Below, piece by piece: positions 12,545-26,068 of a DNA stretch of 64,000 bases. Source of the DNA: Piromyces finnis finn (Eukaryota > Fungi > Neocallimastigomycota). Positions within the stretch are counted from its first letter, which is position 1, and every line of letters starts with the position of its first letter. The notes under the pieces were generated by a model. It saw only the letters and a list, made by a program, of their open reading frames with translations, made no database searches and had not been told where the DNA came from. The position numbers and the translations under genes were made by a program. Where the stretch lies: NCBI GenBank assembly GCA_002104945.1, contig MCFH01000001.1, positions 372,001 to 436,000 of the forward strand. Direction: 5' to 3'.

Positions 12545-13243
12545 ATATTAAAAATAAAAAGGTAGAAATATATAAAATTTTTAGTTTCCAGAGGAAAGTG
12601 CAAATTTTAATTGTATATATACCATTTTATTAAAATAATATCTAGATTTTTTTATTTTCAATATACTTACAGCTGTAATATTATTTTCTTCGAGAACTCT
12701 CAAGCTTTCATCATTAAAATCGCCATGTGGTGGTCTAAAGAAGGCTGGTTTTTTTCCAATAACATCATAAATTGTATCACTTAATTTGGTAATATCATTT
12801 TTTAATTGTTCATTTGTTAATTCCGTAATACCAACTGGATGACTATAGGTATGACTAGCAATAACATGACCACTATCAAATTCTCTTTTAATGATTTTCT
12901 AAAAAAAAAAATAATAAAAAATTATAATTAATTTTTAATAATTTTTTTTCATTACAAAAATGCGAGAGATGATAAAAAAAAATAAAAAAGAATATATTAT
13001 AATTACTTTGGCATCTTCATTTTCAATTAATTCATTATCTTCACCACTAATGAAAAATGTTGCTTTAACATTTTCTTCATCAAGGATATCTAAAATTTTA
13101 TTTGTAAATTCAATACTTGGACCATCATTGAATGCTAATGCAATTTCTCCAGGTTGGGTACAATGATCAAAAGTTTTAATAGCTTTAGCCGTATTAAAAA
13201 CAGCAGCTAAAATCAAAAATGTATTTTTAAACTTATTAAGCAT
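11047..13243 (-). CDS. Probably GPI-anchored CE4-fold protein with long Asp/Asn-rich stalk, general-base Asp replaced by Asn; 3 exons (13243-13007, 12898-12671, 12498-11047), ~638 aa
   Basis: Spliced translation gives AFNDGP, HTYSH, RPPHG, DFEDW, LNH; ~385-aa D/N-rich region with (DDDK)n and a duplicated DNIDDNIESNIND.QVIDSADENDNGN block; hydrophobic C-terminal tail. Confidence 0.9.
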
Positions 13244-16223
13244 TTTCTATATTTAATATTTTTATCAAAACAATAAAAAATATAATAAATAAATGAATAA
13301 ATGATTTTAAAAAAATTATACGTTCTTATCACTTTATATATACTTTAAAAAAAAAAAAGAAAAATATAAAAATTCTACTTTACTAATTTGATCCTAATTA
13401 TTATATATATCGAAATATTTCATTTGTGAATTAATAATTGATTGTTTTTAGTATTTATGAAAATTTGGTTTTATTACTTAGACTTTATTGTAATTAAACA
13501 CTTTTTTTTTTTACCTCTAATAATTATTTATCATTTTATAAAATAAATTGATATAGAAACATGTCAATAATATCAAAATTCTGAATATTAAAGACGAATT
13601 ATTCGTGAATTATTATTTATAATTAAAGACTTTCTATTATAATTAAACATTTAATTATCATCATCCTATGATTTTTTTTATAATTTAATCCATTATTAAA
13701 TTGTAAAACTTTATATTAATATAATTAACTTTTTTTATGTATTAAATAAATTATTTTATGTGAAATAATCATAAATTATTTGTTCATATGATTAATCATA
13801 TAGATAATACTACGCCACGTTATATGAATTTTTTTATTTATTCATCGTCTATTAAAAAAAGTATAATAGTATTAACCTATTACAAGCATTAAATAAAGAA
13901 TAAACTTTCTTTTCTATATATATATAAATCATTAGTAACATCCAATATATTTTGTTTAATAATTCTACACAGAAAATATTGTTTGGAATTTAATTGGAAT
14001 TAGTTTTATAACAATCCAATAATCGATTCGATAAAGTTCTCGATTGTTATAGTTATAGTAGTGAAATTTCTAATAATAAAAAGAACAGAAGATTAAAAAT
14101 CTCAAATAAGAAAACCCACTCGAGCAACCCGCCGCATGTATTAAATTATCTTGTTTGTAGAAAAAAAAAATTGAAGTTAACTGTTGAAGAGTTTAGAAAA
14201 GTAACGCTCATAGTCAGATAAGGGAAAAACTGAAAGCTACTCAACAGACTACTAATCAGAATTCGTAAGCCATTAAATTTCAGTTAGTATTTCTTTTTTT
14301 AGAGATGCTGGTGAATTTTAGAGACCCTAAAAAAAATTATGATAAATATGAAAAGGATTTACAATTGGCTTGAAGGGGAGAAATATATAAATGGTCAAAT
14401 TATTTTTTATAGAAAATAAAGCATTCTAGATTGTTTTATAAATTATAAAATTTATATTAATATTAATAATATCATATTATTAATAAATAAATAAATAAAT
14501 ATATATATATATAAACCATGAAATGTATATATATTATTATCATTATCTTTATTATTATAAAAACTACTTTTAATACTATACCTATTAATTAAAACTTTAC
14601 AAAAAGTTAACTATAATATAGATTTCTTTATCCAACTCTAATAATTAAGGAATTTCATTGTTATAGAGTATTATATTTTTAAATAATGTTTACAACTATA
14701 TTTATGAAAATTTTATTTCAGCTATAATAAACTACATTATATCATTAAAATGCATCTTCATTATTAACCTTGTTTATTAATAAGATTTAGAATCATATAT
14801 ATAATGTATGTGTAATATGTTATTATGAGTTAATTATATTTTCAAATAAAAATTAACTGAACTATTTTTAGAATATCTTTTCTCTTAAAATATATATATA
14901 TAGGAAACGTAGTTGTATGATTAAAGGATTTCAAATCTATCCACACCAAATGAAATAAAAGTTCATAAAGTTTAAGTTTTATAATTCAACATCTTCAAAT
15001 CTCTCCACTCTAATATACTAATGAATTAAAAGGATTAACAGTCATGTTAAATACTAATGATTAAACCTTTTTGAAAAACTTTACAGAGATTGAAACTCCA
15101 ACCAAAACCTCTTTTTTAGATGCACTAAAATTTTTTTTCCCTTTTCCTACTTGATCACAACTAAATTAAAAAAATTAAAGTTTTTATTATGACAGCATGG
15201 AATTTAGCTACAAAAATAATTAAACAGAAAATTGTCAATTTTTTTGTTTGTTTATTGGAGGAATAAAAAAATATTTTTTCTTCTTTCTATATTTGATTCA
15301 TTTTAATATAAATAAATTAAAAATAGAGTTTTTTTTAATTCTAATTTTAATTTATTTTATAAGTTTAATGTTTTATTAAACTATTAAAAATAGATTAATT
15401 TAATTTATAATATTATTAAATAAACTTTTTTAATTTAATCATTTCCTAATTCTAAACTATTATTTAAAAAAAAAAGAAGGTAGTACAAGTTCTAGAATAA
15501 AATGTGTTTTATAAATTAAAAATATAAAAATTTTATAAAATATATAGAATACATATATAATATGTATAATGCATAATATATAAATAGTATTATTTAATTA
15601 ATACAATATTATTTATTCTATATATTAAAATCAAATGATAGTGAGATTACAATAAAAAAATTAATTAAAAATTTAATTTTATTTATATTTAAAATTATTA
15701 CTTCAAACCGCTAACAATAATAATATGTTGTATTATTTATTGTATTATATATTATATTATATATTCAATATAAATAAAATATATAAAAAGAAAAAAGTAT
15801 ACAATATAAATAATTATTGGTAAATATATAAATAATAAATAATAATATATACTGCTATTAGGGCTAATGTAATATATAATAAAAAAATATTAAATAGTAT
15901 TATTAGAATAATTAGAATAATTAGAATATATATAAAGATATTCATTTCTCTAAGTCTTTTATTTTTTATAAGAAATTAAATAAAAAAAAAAAAAAGTAAT
16001 TAAATAAATAAATTCTATACTTTTTTTTTTTTTTAAAAAAAATTGTTCTATTATAATAATTAAATATAATAAAAATAAAAGAAAAAGAAAAATATTCAAA
16101 TTATATATATATATTAAACAAAAAATAAAAATTCAAATAAAATCTTTATAAAAAAAAAAAAAATCAAATTTAATATTAAATCCGAAATTCAAAAAATAAT
16201 AATAATATAAATTTCAATTAAAA

Positions 16224-17717
16224 ATGAGATACATTAAATATATTTTAGCTGCTATTGCTTTAATTTCAAGTGCAAGTGCTGCCAATGAAGGTAAATGTGG
16301 ACCTGGTTTTGGTTCATGTTCATCTGGTCAATGTTGTTCACAATATGGTTACTGTGGTACCACTAATGATCACTGTGGTACTGGTTGTAAACCAGATTTT
16401 GGTCTCTGTTTATCAACTAAGAAAACCACTACTAAAACAGTAAATAAAAAGACTACTACTAAGGCAGCTGTTACTAAGAAAACTACCACCACAAAGGCTG
16501 CTGTCACCAAAAAGACTACCACCAAAAAGACTACCACTAAAAAGACTACCACTAAAGCAGCTGTCACCAAAAAGACTACCACCACCAAGGCTGTTGTCAC
16601 AAAAAAGACTACCACCACTAAGGCTGCTATCACTAAGAAAACTACTACTGTTAAACCAGTTACTACCACAGTTGCTCCAGTTGAAACTAAATTACCAGTT
16701 TCTACTACTGGTATGTGTGGTCCAGATGATGGTATTTGCCCAGGTACTTCATGTTGTTCTCAATACGGTTTCTGTGGTGTTTCTGATGCCCACTGTGGAA
16801 AGGGTTGTCAATCTGAATTCGGTCGCTGTGGTATCACTGAAACCAAAACTACTACTATAATTAAGAAGACAACCACTATCAAGAACTCTTCTACCACCAC
16901 TGCTGCTAACACTGATAAAATTTCTACTAATGGTAGATGTGGTGCTGAAGATGGTTCCTGCCCAGCGGGTCAATGTTGTTCACAATATGGTTACTGTGGT
17001 AGTACTGAAGATCACTGTGGTACTGGCTGTCAATCTGAATTTGGTTACTGTGGTGAAATTGAAACCGTTTCCGGTTTTAAATACTATTCAAAGTGTATAG
17101 CCAAGAACCAATGGGCTCTTACTTTTGATGATGGTCCATACGAATATGATATTAAATTACTTGATTTACTTAAAGCCAAGGGTGTTAAGGCTACCTTCTT
17201 CATTAATGGTAACAATGTTATGGACATTAGAACTGAAAAAGCAAAAAAGATTATTCAAAGAATGAATAAGGATGGTCACATTATAGCTTCTCACACTTGG
17301 TCTCATGCTAACATTGAAGAAATTTCAAAAAAAGATTTAATTATTGAAATGACTAACCTTGAAAAATACATTTCCGAATACACTGGTAAGAAACCTGCCT
17401 TTATGCGTCCACCATATGGTGCTGGTAATGGTAAGTTAGATATTGCTAAGACTCTTAAAAGTCTTGGTTACACTGCTGCTTGTATGTGGAATGTCGATAC
17501 TCTTGATTGGGAAAAATCCGGTAATGTTGATTATGCTCTTGGTGAATTTAAAAAGAATCTTGGTAAACCAATTCTTTCACTTAACCACAATTACTATGAA
17601 GATATCACCGAAGAAAGATTATTAAAGTTAGTTGAAGCAGAAATTGATTACATGATTTCTAATGGATACACTCCAGTTACTATGGATGAATGTCTTGGTC
17701 TTGAAGCCTATCAATAA
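16224..17717 (+). CDS. Secreted chitin deacetylase: signal peptide, three CBM18 domains, Lys/Thr-rich linkers, CE4 domain
   Basis: 497-aa intronless ORF; three CCSQYG(Y/F)CG domains; TFDDGP, HTWSH, RPPYG, DTLDW, LNH intact. Confidence 0.95.
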   Translation: MRYIKYILAAIALISSASAANEGKCGPGFGSCSSGQCCSQYGYCGTTNDHCGTGCKPDFGLCLSTKKTTTKTVNKKTTTKAAVTKKTTTTKAAVTKKTTTKKTTTKKTTTKAAVTKKTTTTKAVVTKKTTTTKAAITKKTTTVKPVTTTVAPVETKLPVSTTGMCGPDDGICPGTSCCSQYGFCGVSDAHCGKGCQSEFGRCGITETKTTTIIKKTTTIKNSSTTTAANTDKISTNGRCGAEDGSCPAGQCCSQYGYCGSTEDHCGTGCQSEFGYCGEIETVSGFKYYSKCIAKNQWALTFDDGPYEYDIKLLDLLKAKGVKATFFINGNNVMDIRTEKAKKIIQRMNKDGHIIASHTWSHANIEEISKKDLIIEMTNLEKYISEYTGKKPAFMRPPYGAGNGKLDIAKTLKSLGYTAACMWNVDTLDWEKSGNVDYALGEFKKNLGKPILSLNHNYYEDITEERLLKLVEAEIDYMISNGYTPVTMDECLGLEAYQ

Positions 17718-18694
17718 ATTAATCGTTTAAAATTGGTTTAAAAAAAAAAAAGATTTTTTACACCTTTTAAAAATACTTATAGATTTTAAAAAAAAATAAA
17801 AAATAAAAAAGAAATAATTCTTTTTTCCCTTTTTTTTTTTTTCTTTATTAAAAAAAAAGAGAAGAAAAAAAAAGTAATGTTGTATAATTATTTAAAATTA
17901 TTTATTATTATTAAAAAAAAAAATAGATTTTTCAATGTATAATAAAATTAAATTATCATAAAAATAAATAAATTTTTATTTTTATAAAAATAATTTTATT
18001 ATATCAAACAAACCAAAAAAAAAAAAAAAAATAGAATTCAACCATAATTAATACTAATCAATGGATGATAATAAATTCATAAAGTATTAGGATAAAAAAG
18101 AATTTTTTTTTTTTTTTTTTAAAATATATCATCTTTGAATATAAAACAAAGGAATATATATATATTTATTTTCTATTTAATAAATAAAATATTAAAATTA
18201 TTAAAATATTTAAGTTTATGATTTTGAAAATTATGAATCCATGCATAATTCTGATATATTTTATACCTGTTGTTTAGATCCTAATGATCTAATAAACTAA
18301 ATCAAAAAGCAAAAAGTTGAAAAAAAAGGATAAAATTTTTTTATTTCTTTTTTTATTTTTTTTTTATTTTATTTTTATTTTTTAATGTTAAAAAAAATTT
18401 TGTTTTTTAGAAATATATATATAGGATTAAAATAAATTATTTTATTTTATTTTATTTTATTTAGAATAATTTTATTTATTTAATGTTATTTTAAGGGTAA
18501 AATGAATATAAATTATTTATTTGTTTTTTGTTTTTTTGTTTTTTGTTTTTTTTTTTTTTTTTTGCTTTGCTTTGTTTTTGTTTTTTCTATAGGCTATTTT
18601 ATTTTAAGAGATAAAAGATAAAATTTTGATATTATGTATTTTTTCGTTTTTTCTTAAAAAAAGAAAGAGGTAAAAAAAAAAAAAAGGGATATTT

Positions 18695-18744
<50 letters not shown>

Positions 18745-18839
18745 TTTTGTTTAGTTTAATAAGGTTATAGTGGTTGGTAGGTTAAAAAAAAATAAAAAAA
18801 ATAAAAAAAATAAAATGGATTATGACATCATTTTTTTTT

Positions 18840-21800
18840 TTAGGAGGTTTCAAGCAATTCAAGGGTACATAAACATTCTTTACCCGTCATCATTTTAGAA
18901 TACATAATAACATTGCAGGCTTCATCATGAAGTAAAAGTTTAATGGTAGTACCGGTAAAAATGACTTGCTTATAATTACTGGAATCAAATTCATCCCAAA
19001 TAGAGATATAATCTTTGGTAAATACATAAATATATGGATGACGATAAGCAAAGGATTTAGGAATGGCATTCCATTTAAAGAATACTTTTGATCGAGTACG
19101 ATTACCATTTTTATCAATAAAGAAACCAATTTTATTATAACAAAGTAAAAAGTCGTTTTGTTGGGTTTTAAACATTTTCATTGGTGAATATTCTGATTTT
19201 AATAAATTTTTAAATACTACATCCCCCGGATTTAATAAACTTTGAGTTGTAAGATTCTTAATACTGACAACTTCAAAACTCTTTGAACAAGCCACACAAA
19301 TGGAACGACGTAAGAAACGAATACTAACACCTTCTGATGGTATATAGAATTGCTTAAAACTTGTGACAACATCACCAGTAAAATAAAGTTTTTGGAATTT
19401 CTTTCTATTTTCTACATTAGCTAGGAAACCTTTGGGTTCAAACATTTTAACTACTGTTTTATTCGTTGAGGCTTTAGCACAACATAATATAAATTTTTCA
19501 TCACAAAAACCAGTGGCTATAAAACTAACATTGGAACTAATCTTTTTATTATGTTTAACATACTTTTCATTAATATATACACCTCTAAGGGTTAAAGATA
19601 TACTAAAGGCATACACTTCACGATCTATAATATTTAAAATATAAAATAATGATATAAAATAGAATTAATATTAAATAAATTTGTATTTTTTTTTTTTTGT
19701 TATATAATTTTAATTTTTGTTTTGTTTTGTTTGTTTGTTTGTTTTTTGGAAGGGTTGGACAACTTACTAGCTAAAACAAATAATAAATCAAATTGTTCCA
19801 TGGTTTCTATTTGAGTAATTTTTGAAATTCGAAGTAATGGGTTCATGGCATGATTGTACAAACCATAGAGACCAATTTCATTAGAAACTAAACAAGTCTT
19901 ATTCTTTAATAAATGAATGGTTGAAACAGGACAATCAAGTTCTATATGAGAGAAAAATATATTTTCTCTAATAATTGGTGCTGGTAAGGTTTCTTGTTGT
20001 TTTTGAATGGCTTCAACCCAAGCCTTTTGTTCAGAAAGAATTGGTGTAATAAAGGTATAGCTACTAGTACTTATATGACTTATAGTAAAGGAATAACCCA
20101 TGGTATTTACATTAGAATTATTTTTATGAGTATTAAGTACTAAACGTTTACTTGCCATATGACTTTCTGAATGAGGTTTTAAACTTATTTGCTTATCGGA
20201 ATGAGTTAGTGTCATGAGGGATATTGGAATGGGTTTTCCATAAATGTGACAATTATTATTCTTTTCATAGGTAATAATTATGAAATTATCTAATAAAAGA
20301 AGGGTAACTTCAATGATCGGTTCATTAACATAATTTGATACGATAAGTGACAACTTTCCCTCACGAATATATTCACGTTTTGGATCTTCAAAGTTAACAC
20401 TAGAAATATCATTCTTCTTTTCAAATCTTAATAATTCATACCATTGTTCCATCTTCAAACGATTTGTTTCTTTACCTGCCAAATGATTTACCTCCTTTAA
20501 TATATCTTCAATTTTTGTATTGGCTTCCTTTAATAAAATTTGATCACGATGATTCTTTGAAGTATTCTTAAGAATATCACGAATTAAAATGGGGTAACGA
20601 CCTAATCTAGTGGTTGGTCTGGCTAAGAAACTTTCAACTGGTAATCTTCTAAATTGTGGCATTTTTTGACATTCCTTGAAAAAGTTATTCAAATAAATAT
20701 TTTTATTCTTTTGTATTTGTAATATTTGTTTAGCGGATGGTTGTTTTTCACCATACTTTGTGTAACAAATAAAGGTACCAACACATTCTTTAACAACATC
20801 ACCTAACGATTCTAATACCGGTTTTCTCTTTTGAATTTTACGAAGATTTTCATAAAATTCAGTATTAACTTGAGCTATCTCTTCAATATTACCGAATACC
20901 AATTCAACAAAACGATTATCCACACCAATAACCTTTCCATTTCTCAATGGATTGATCATATATTTAATGACGGATTGTAAATCATTAACATATTCCTTTT
21001 CAGTACGAATAAATTCAAATATAATTTCTTGACGTTTAATTTGTTGATGGGTTAATTTACCAACATAGGATTTACCAATAGAAGTTGACCATGCCGTTTG
21101 TAAACCAATGGTAATACTTAAATTAGAGAATCTACCCGCAGTTTCTTTTGAAGTAACTTTTTCTTTTATTCCTCTTCTTGGACAGGAATAGGCATAACAT
21201 GGAGATTCATCTGTACAAGTAGGGGAATAACATTGAGCAATTTCAACAAGAACACCACATGGATCACTTTCTTCAAACTCACCATTTTGACCATTTTTCT
21301 CACTTAACTTTCTTAATATAGACACTATTTAAATAGGTATATATATATATATATATCAAAATAAAAAAAAAAAAAATAGGTAAACAAGATTGATATTTAA
21401 AAAATATATTTATTATCTTTTTTTTATTACTCTTCTTTTCTGGACTTAGTCTTTCGGTTTCTTTTCTTTCCAAAATAGCAATAGGTTTGGCCAAATCTTC
21501 AAATTGATAGTAATGGTAATGACTATCTAATAATTTATGAAGATAGACTACATCATGGAACATACCTTGTTCTTCAAGTGCTTGGCCGGTGGTTTGAGCA
21601 ACCTTTCTATCATCAGTACCAAGAATATCTGCAAGAGCAGTAACAGCATCATAACCAGAGAAACTTTGCATATATTCAATTGAATCTTTAATATGTTTTA
21701 CCAACTTTATTCTCTTTCTGAAATTGGCAGCAATTTCAGACATATTAGCAGAATGATTAACTAATGGGAATTTTTGTTTTATATCACCTGAATGATAAAC

Positions 21801-24432
21801 GTAGTCATCTTCAAATTCTTCTTCTTTTGAATAATCTGTAATACTGGAAGAAGCAGTGGTACTCGATTTTGAAATAGTATCAATTTTAGATACTTCACTT
21901 TGATTATCACCCATAGCATTATCATTTATTCCAGTATTATTTGAATAATGTGATTCACCAATATAATCTACTGAATTTTGACCAGTAGCTATTACAACTC
22001 TTTTATTAATAGGTTGAGATACACTTTTAACCGGTGGAGTTGGAGGAACTATTTGTGAAGGGATTTCCAAACTTTGACGTCTTAATGGTTTTGGTAAAGA
22101 ATTTGATGAAGGAATACTAACACTTTCTCTGTAATGGCGTCTTGGTGGTACAGATGGTGCACCATCATTCTTTTGACTGTTACTATTCATTTCATAATAA
22201 CGAAGTGGTCTTTTTGGTGGATTTGCGGACATATTTGGATCTAAACTTGGTGATGGACTGGTATAATTCTCATTTTTGATTGAATGATTATCCAAGGATA
22301 TAGAAGATAAATGGGTATTGTATGACTTTTCATCGCCAATATAACCTAAAAATATATAAGAATTTTAATAAATATCAAAATTTAAATTTTATTTTTTATT
22401 TTTTTAAATTTTTTTTTTTTTTTTTTGGAATAAAAAAGTTTTTTTAAAACCTACCATCATTATTAGAGTAAACAGAATTACGACTAGATACAACAGATTT
22501 GACATCATTATTAGAATAAATAGAATTACAATGAGATTTTGATGGTTGATCTTCATATGGATAATAACTATCATAAGTTACATTAGATTGATAACTATTA
22601 TGCTTATATATACTATTGCGACTATCAGTTCTAACGGTTTCTTGACTTGGATTCATATGAGTGTAAACATCTTCTACATGAAGACTTTCTGAACTTGATA
22701 TGGAATTTGTATGTTCAGGTTTTAAGTTTTCAACTGATGTAATTGGCGAAGGATCAGCCATTTCTTTAGTATCATTTTCATCGACTTTATCAAATAAATC
22801 TTTAATTTCATCGGTTAATACATTTAATAAATCTTTATTTGATTGATCAAGTTTTTCCGACAAAAAGTCAATGTTAAAGTCTAAATCATTATCTTCTGAT
22901 TTTATAATTCTAAGATCTAAATCTAATTCAGGAAGTTGATATTCTTCATCACTCTTGATGATACCTTCCTTTCCTACACTAGTAATTGTAGAGATATCAA
23001 AATTTTCATAGTTTAATGAATCGCCATTTTCTATATTTTTCAAATCGGTACTAAGAATTTGAATTTCTTTCTCCTCTGAAGAATCAAGATTTTTAAAGGA
23101 TTTTTCTGTGTTAGCTGTTATTGTCTTTTCATCCAAAACTAAACTATTATTAATTAAATCCTTTTCCTTTTCTTCAGCCTCAATAACAATACGATTTTCA
23201 GTCTTGACTCTAACTTCTTCAACATCATCATCTGAACTATAATAATCTAAATTGTGGGTTTCCTTAATATCTGGAACTTCTTGATAGTAATTATCTTCCA
23301 CAGTACTATTTACATCCATCATATTTGGCACTGTTATAACCGATGAAGAATAAGAATTGTTACGATGGTGACTAGATGATTTATAAAGACCAGGTTCTTC
23401 ATGAAGATATGGACTGTATCCGTTATCATAACGAGCAGAGGATGCCAATGAATTAGGACTACCCATATTATTAACCCCCAATTTTTGAGAAGACACCGAT
23501 TGGCCGCGTCCTCTTTGGAATTGACGTACTGGAACTGGAAGGGAAACTTCACTAATACCAGGACTCAATGAGGGAGAATGAGAATAACGATAGGATGGAG
23601 AATGAGAACTATCTGGAGTTACGTAGACAGAATGACGGATTGGAGGATTTGGGGAATTACTTCCAGCTAACATTGGTGATAAAGATGGGGAACTATTACT
23701 TGATCTAGTAGGTGAAACCTGAACGGGCATCACTTTATGAGTATTACCTTGAGGTGGAATAACTTGTCGACGAGGAAGCGGAGGGCCACTATTATTATTT
23801 CCTACTGGCATTTGAGGATTAGGTGGATATTTTCTTGGTGGATTTGATAAACCATGTTCAGATGAAATATGAATTTCTGGTGAAGGTCTTTGTTCATAAC
23901 CATAATTAACTTGAGAACGTTGATTTTGAGGTTGATTATAGCCTTGATATATTTGGGATGGGTTATTTAATGGACTAGTTTGATTATAGTAACCTTGATT
24001 ATTTATTGGATTATTATAATTGATTTTTGGTGGTGGACCTCTAGCTGAATTAGGAAAGGATGGAGAAACTTGAATTGATGAACTTGATCTAGCATTATGA
24101 AGTGCTGAATAGGAAGGAGAATGTGATGGGGAATATCTATTTAAAGTTTGTAAGGAATAATTTGTATTTGTAGGTGGTTGAGAATTATAACTTATATTAC
24201 TGGAAGTTGAACTCATACGTTGATGACCCATACGACTAATATTATTATAACTTCCTTGATTATTATAACTTCCTTGATTATTATAACCTAAATTACCATT
24301 ATTATATTGATAGCCTTGATTCATATAGCCATTATTTTTCATATAAGGGTCTACACTTTGAGAAGAATTCAAAGGAGGTGGTGGTGGTCTTCTTTGTCTT
24401 GGTGGTACAGGTGGTACTTGTTTTTGTTGCAT
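18840..24432 (-). CDS. ROM2: Rom1/Rom2/Rgf1-type Rho1 guanine nucleotide exchange factor (Pro-rich N-terminus, DEP, DH, PH, CNH); 4 exons (24432-22455, 22345-21431, 21324-19768, 19624-18840)
   Basis: DEP-like FSGYDAVTALADIL...LEEQGMFHDV; DH KRQEIIFEFIRTEKEYVNDL...FLARPTTRLGRYPILI; CNH-like C-terminus; three phase-1 GT-AG introns join the four ORFs in frame. Confidence 0.9.
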
Positions 24433-25315
24433 ATTGTTTTTTTGTTTGTTTGTTTGTTTTGTTTTAATTTTTTTTTTTCTTTTACTAATTGGTTTTTAAT
24501 ATTTTTAAATTTGATATAAAACGCTTGTTACTTTATATAATATTCGTTATTATTTCTATATAATATAAATATTGTTTTTTTGTTTTTCGTTTTTTTTGTA
24601 ATAATTATACAAAATGTGAATAATAAATGGAATAATTATTATTATAATTTAATATAAATATCTATATTTTGAAGATTTTAAATATATTCCTTCTTAAACA
24701 TAAATTTTGAATTTTTTTAAAAATTTATATTTTTATTGAATATTTTTGATTTTCCCTATAAATATTTAATTAAAATATTGAATAAAAAAACGAATTAAAA
24801 AAAAAGGTTAGTAAAATCTTTAATAATGATGATTATCAATTAATAAATATATTTATTTATAATTATTAATATGATAAATTTTATTTATGATTGCTAATAT
24901 ATATATTTTGAATTAAACAGCTATTTTGATTTATAAATGATTATATCCAATACTATAATAAATAATACATTGTTAAAAAAAAAAAAAAATTATACAATAA
25001 AAAAACTGATTGCTGTTTAAATAACTTGTTCCTTGAAATTATTAATTTGTAGAGGATTTGTAAAACATTGATTTTATAATCATTTGTAAAGAAGTCTACT
25101 TTTTTCATAAAGACTAATGTTTTCAAAACTTACTTTTATAATTTAATATTTATATAACATTTCTTTCTTTCTTTCTTCTTTATTATTTATTTATTTATTG
25201 AAATCACAGAGATATAATAACGGAATAAAATTAAATTAATTTCAAGATTAATTTATTATTCCTCTTAACAACTAAATAAGTAATTTAGAGTATAAATCCT
25301 TTTTTTATTATATCT

Positions 25316-25356
<41 letters not shown>

Positions 25357-25533
25357 AACATTTAATGAGTTTAAATATAACTTTAATATTATAATAATTA
25401 CTTTCTTATATTATAATATAATTGAAGTAATTATAATTTATAATATTTTTTTTTTATTTTTATAAGAGTTTTTTGATTTTTTTTTTTTTTTTTGGACCAA
25501 GGGAAATAATTTTTTATTTATTTATTTATTTTT

Positions 25534-25580
<47 letters not shown>

Positions 25581-25996
25581 CTTACTTATTTATTTATTTA
25601 TTTATTTATTAAAATGAGGGTATAAAAAATTTTTTTTCTCCTTTTTCGATTGTTCTTTTTAAATAAAAAAATGATTCAAAAATTAAATGAATAAATAATA
25701 AATTAAAAAATAAATTAAATAAATAAATAAATATAAAAATAAATAAAATATTAAATAATATAAATGTATAATCAATTAATTATATAAATAAATTTCAATA
25801 AAAGTAAATGAATATATTTCTAAATTAAATAAATATCTCAAGATGATATGATCAAAAATAAATAAACGGAATATATAAAGCCACAAATGTTTTTATGATG
25901 CAATAATTTATGATTATAATTGTTAAATAGTCTTTATATATAAAAGTTTTTTTCTTTAATTCAATTTTATTTTTATGGTATTCTCATTGATATTAT

Positions 25997-26068
25997 GGTG
26001 TGTGGATGTGTATGTAGGTGTGTGGATGTGTATGTAGGTGTGTGGATGTGTATGTAGGTGTGTGGATG
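25997..26068 (+). repeat. 20-bp minisatellite (ggtgtgtggatgtgtatgta) x3.6
   Basis: Three exact units plus a 12-nt partial unit, read directly. Confidence 0.9.

Noticed and set aside
25997-26068. Interstitial telomere
   Set aside because: Resembles yeast TG-type repeats only superficially; no TTAGGG arrays and only 3.6 units.
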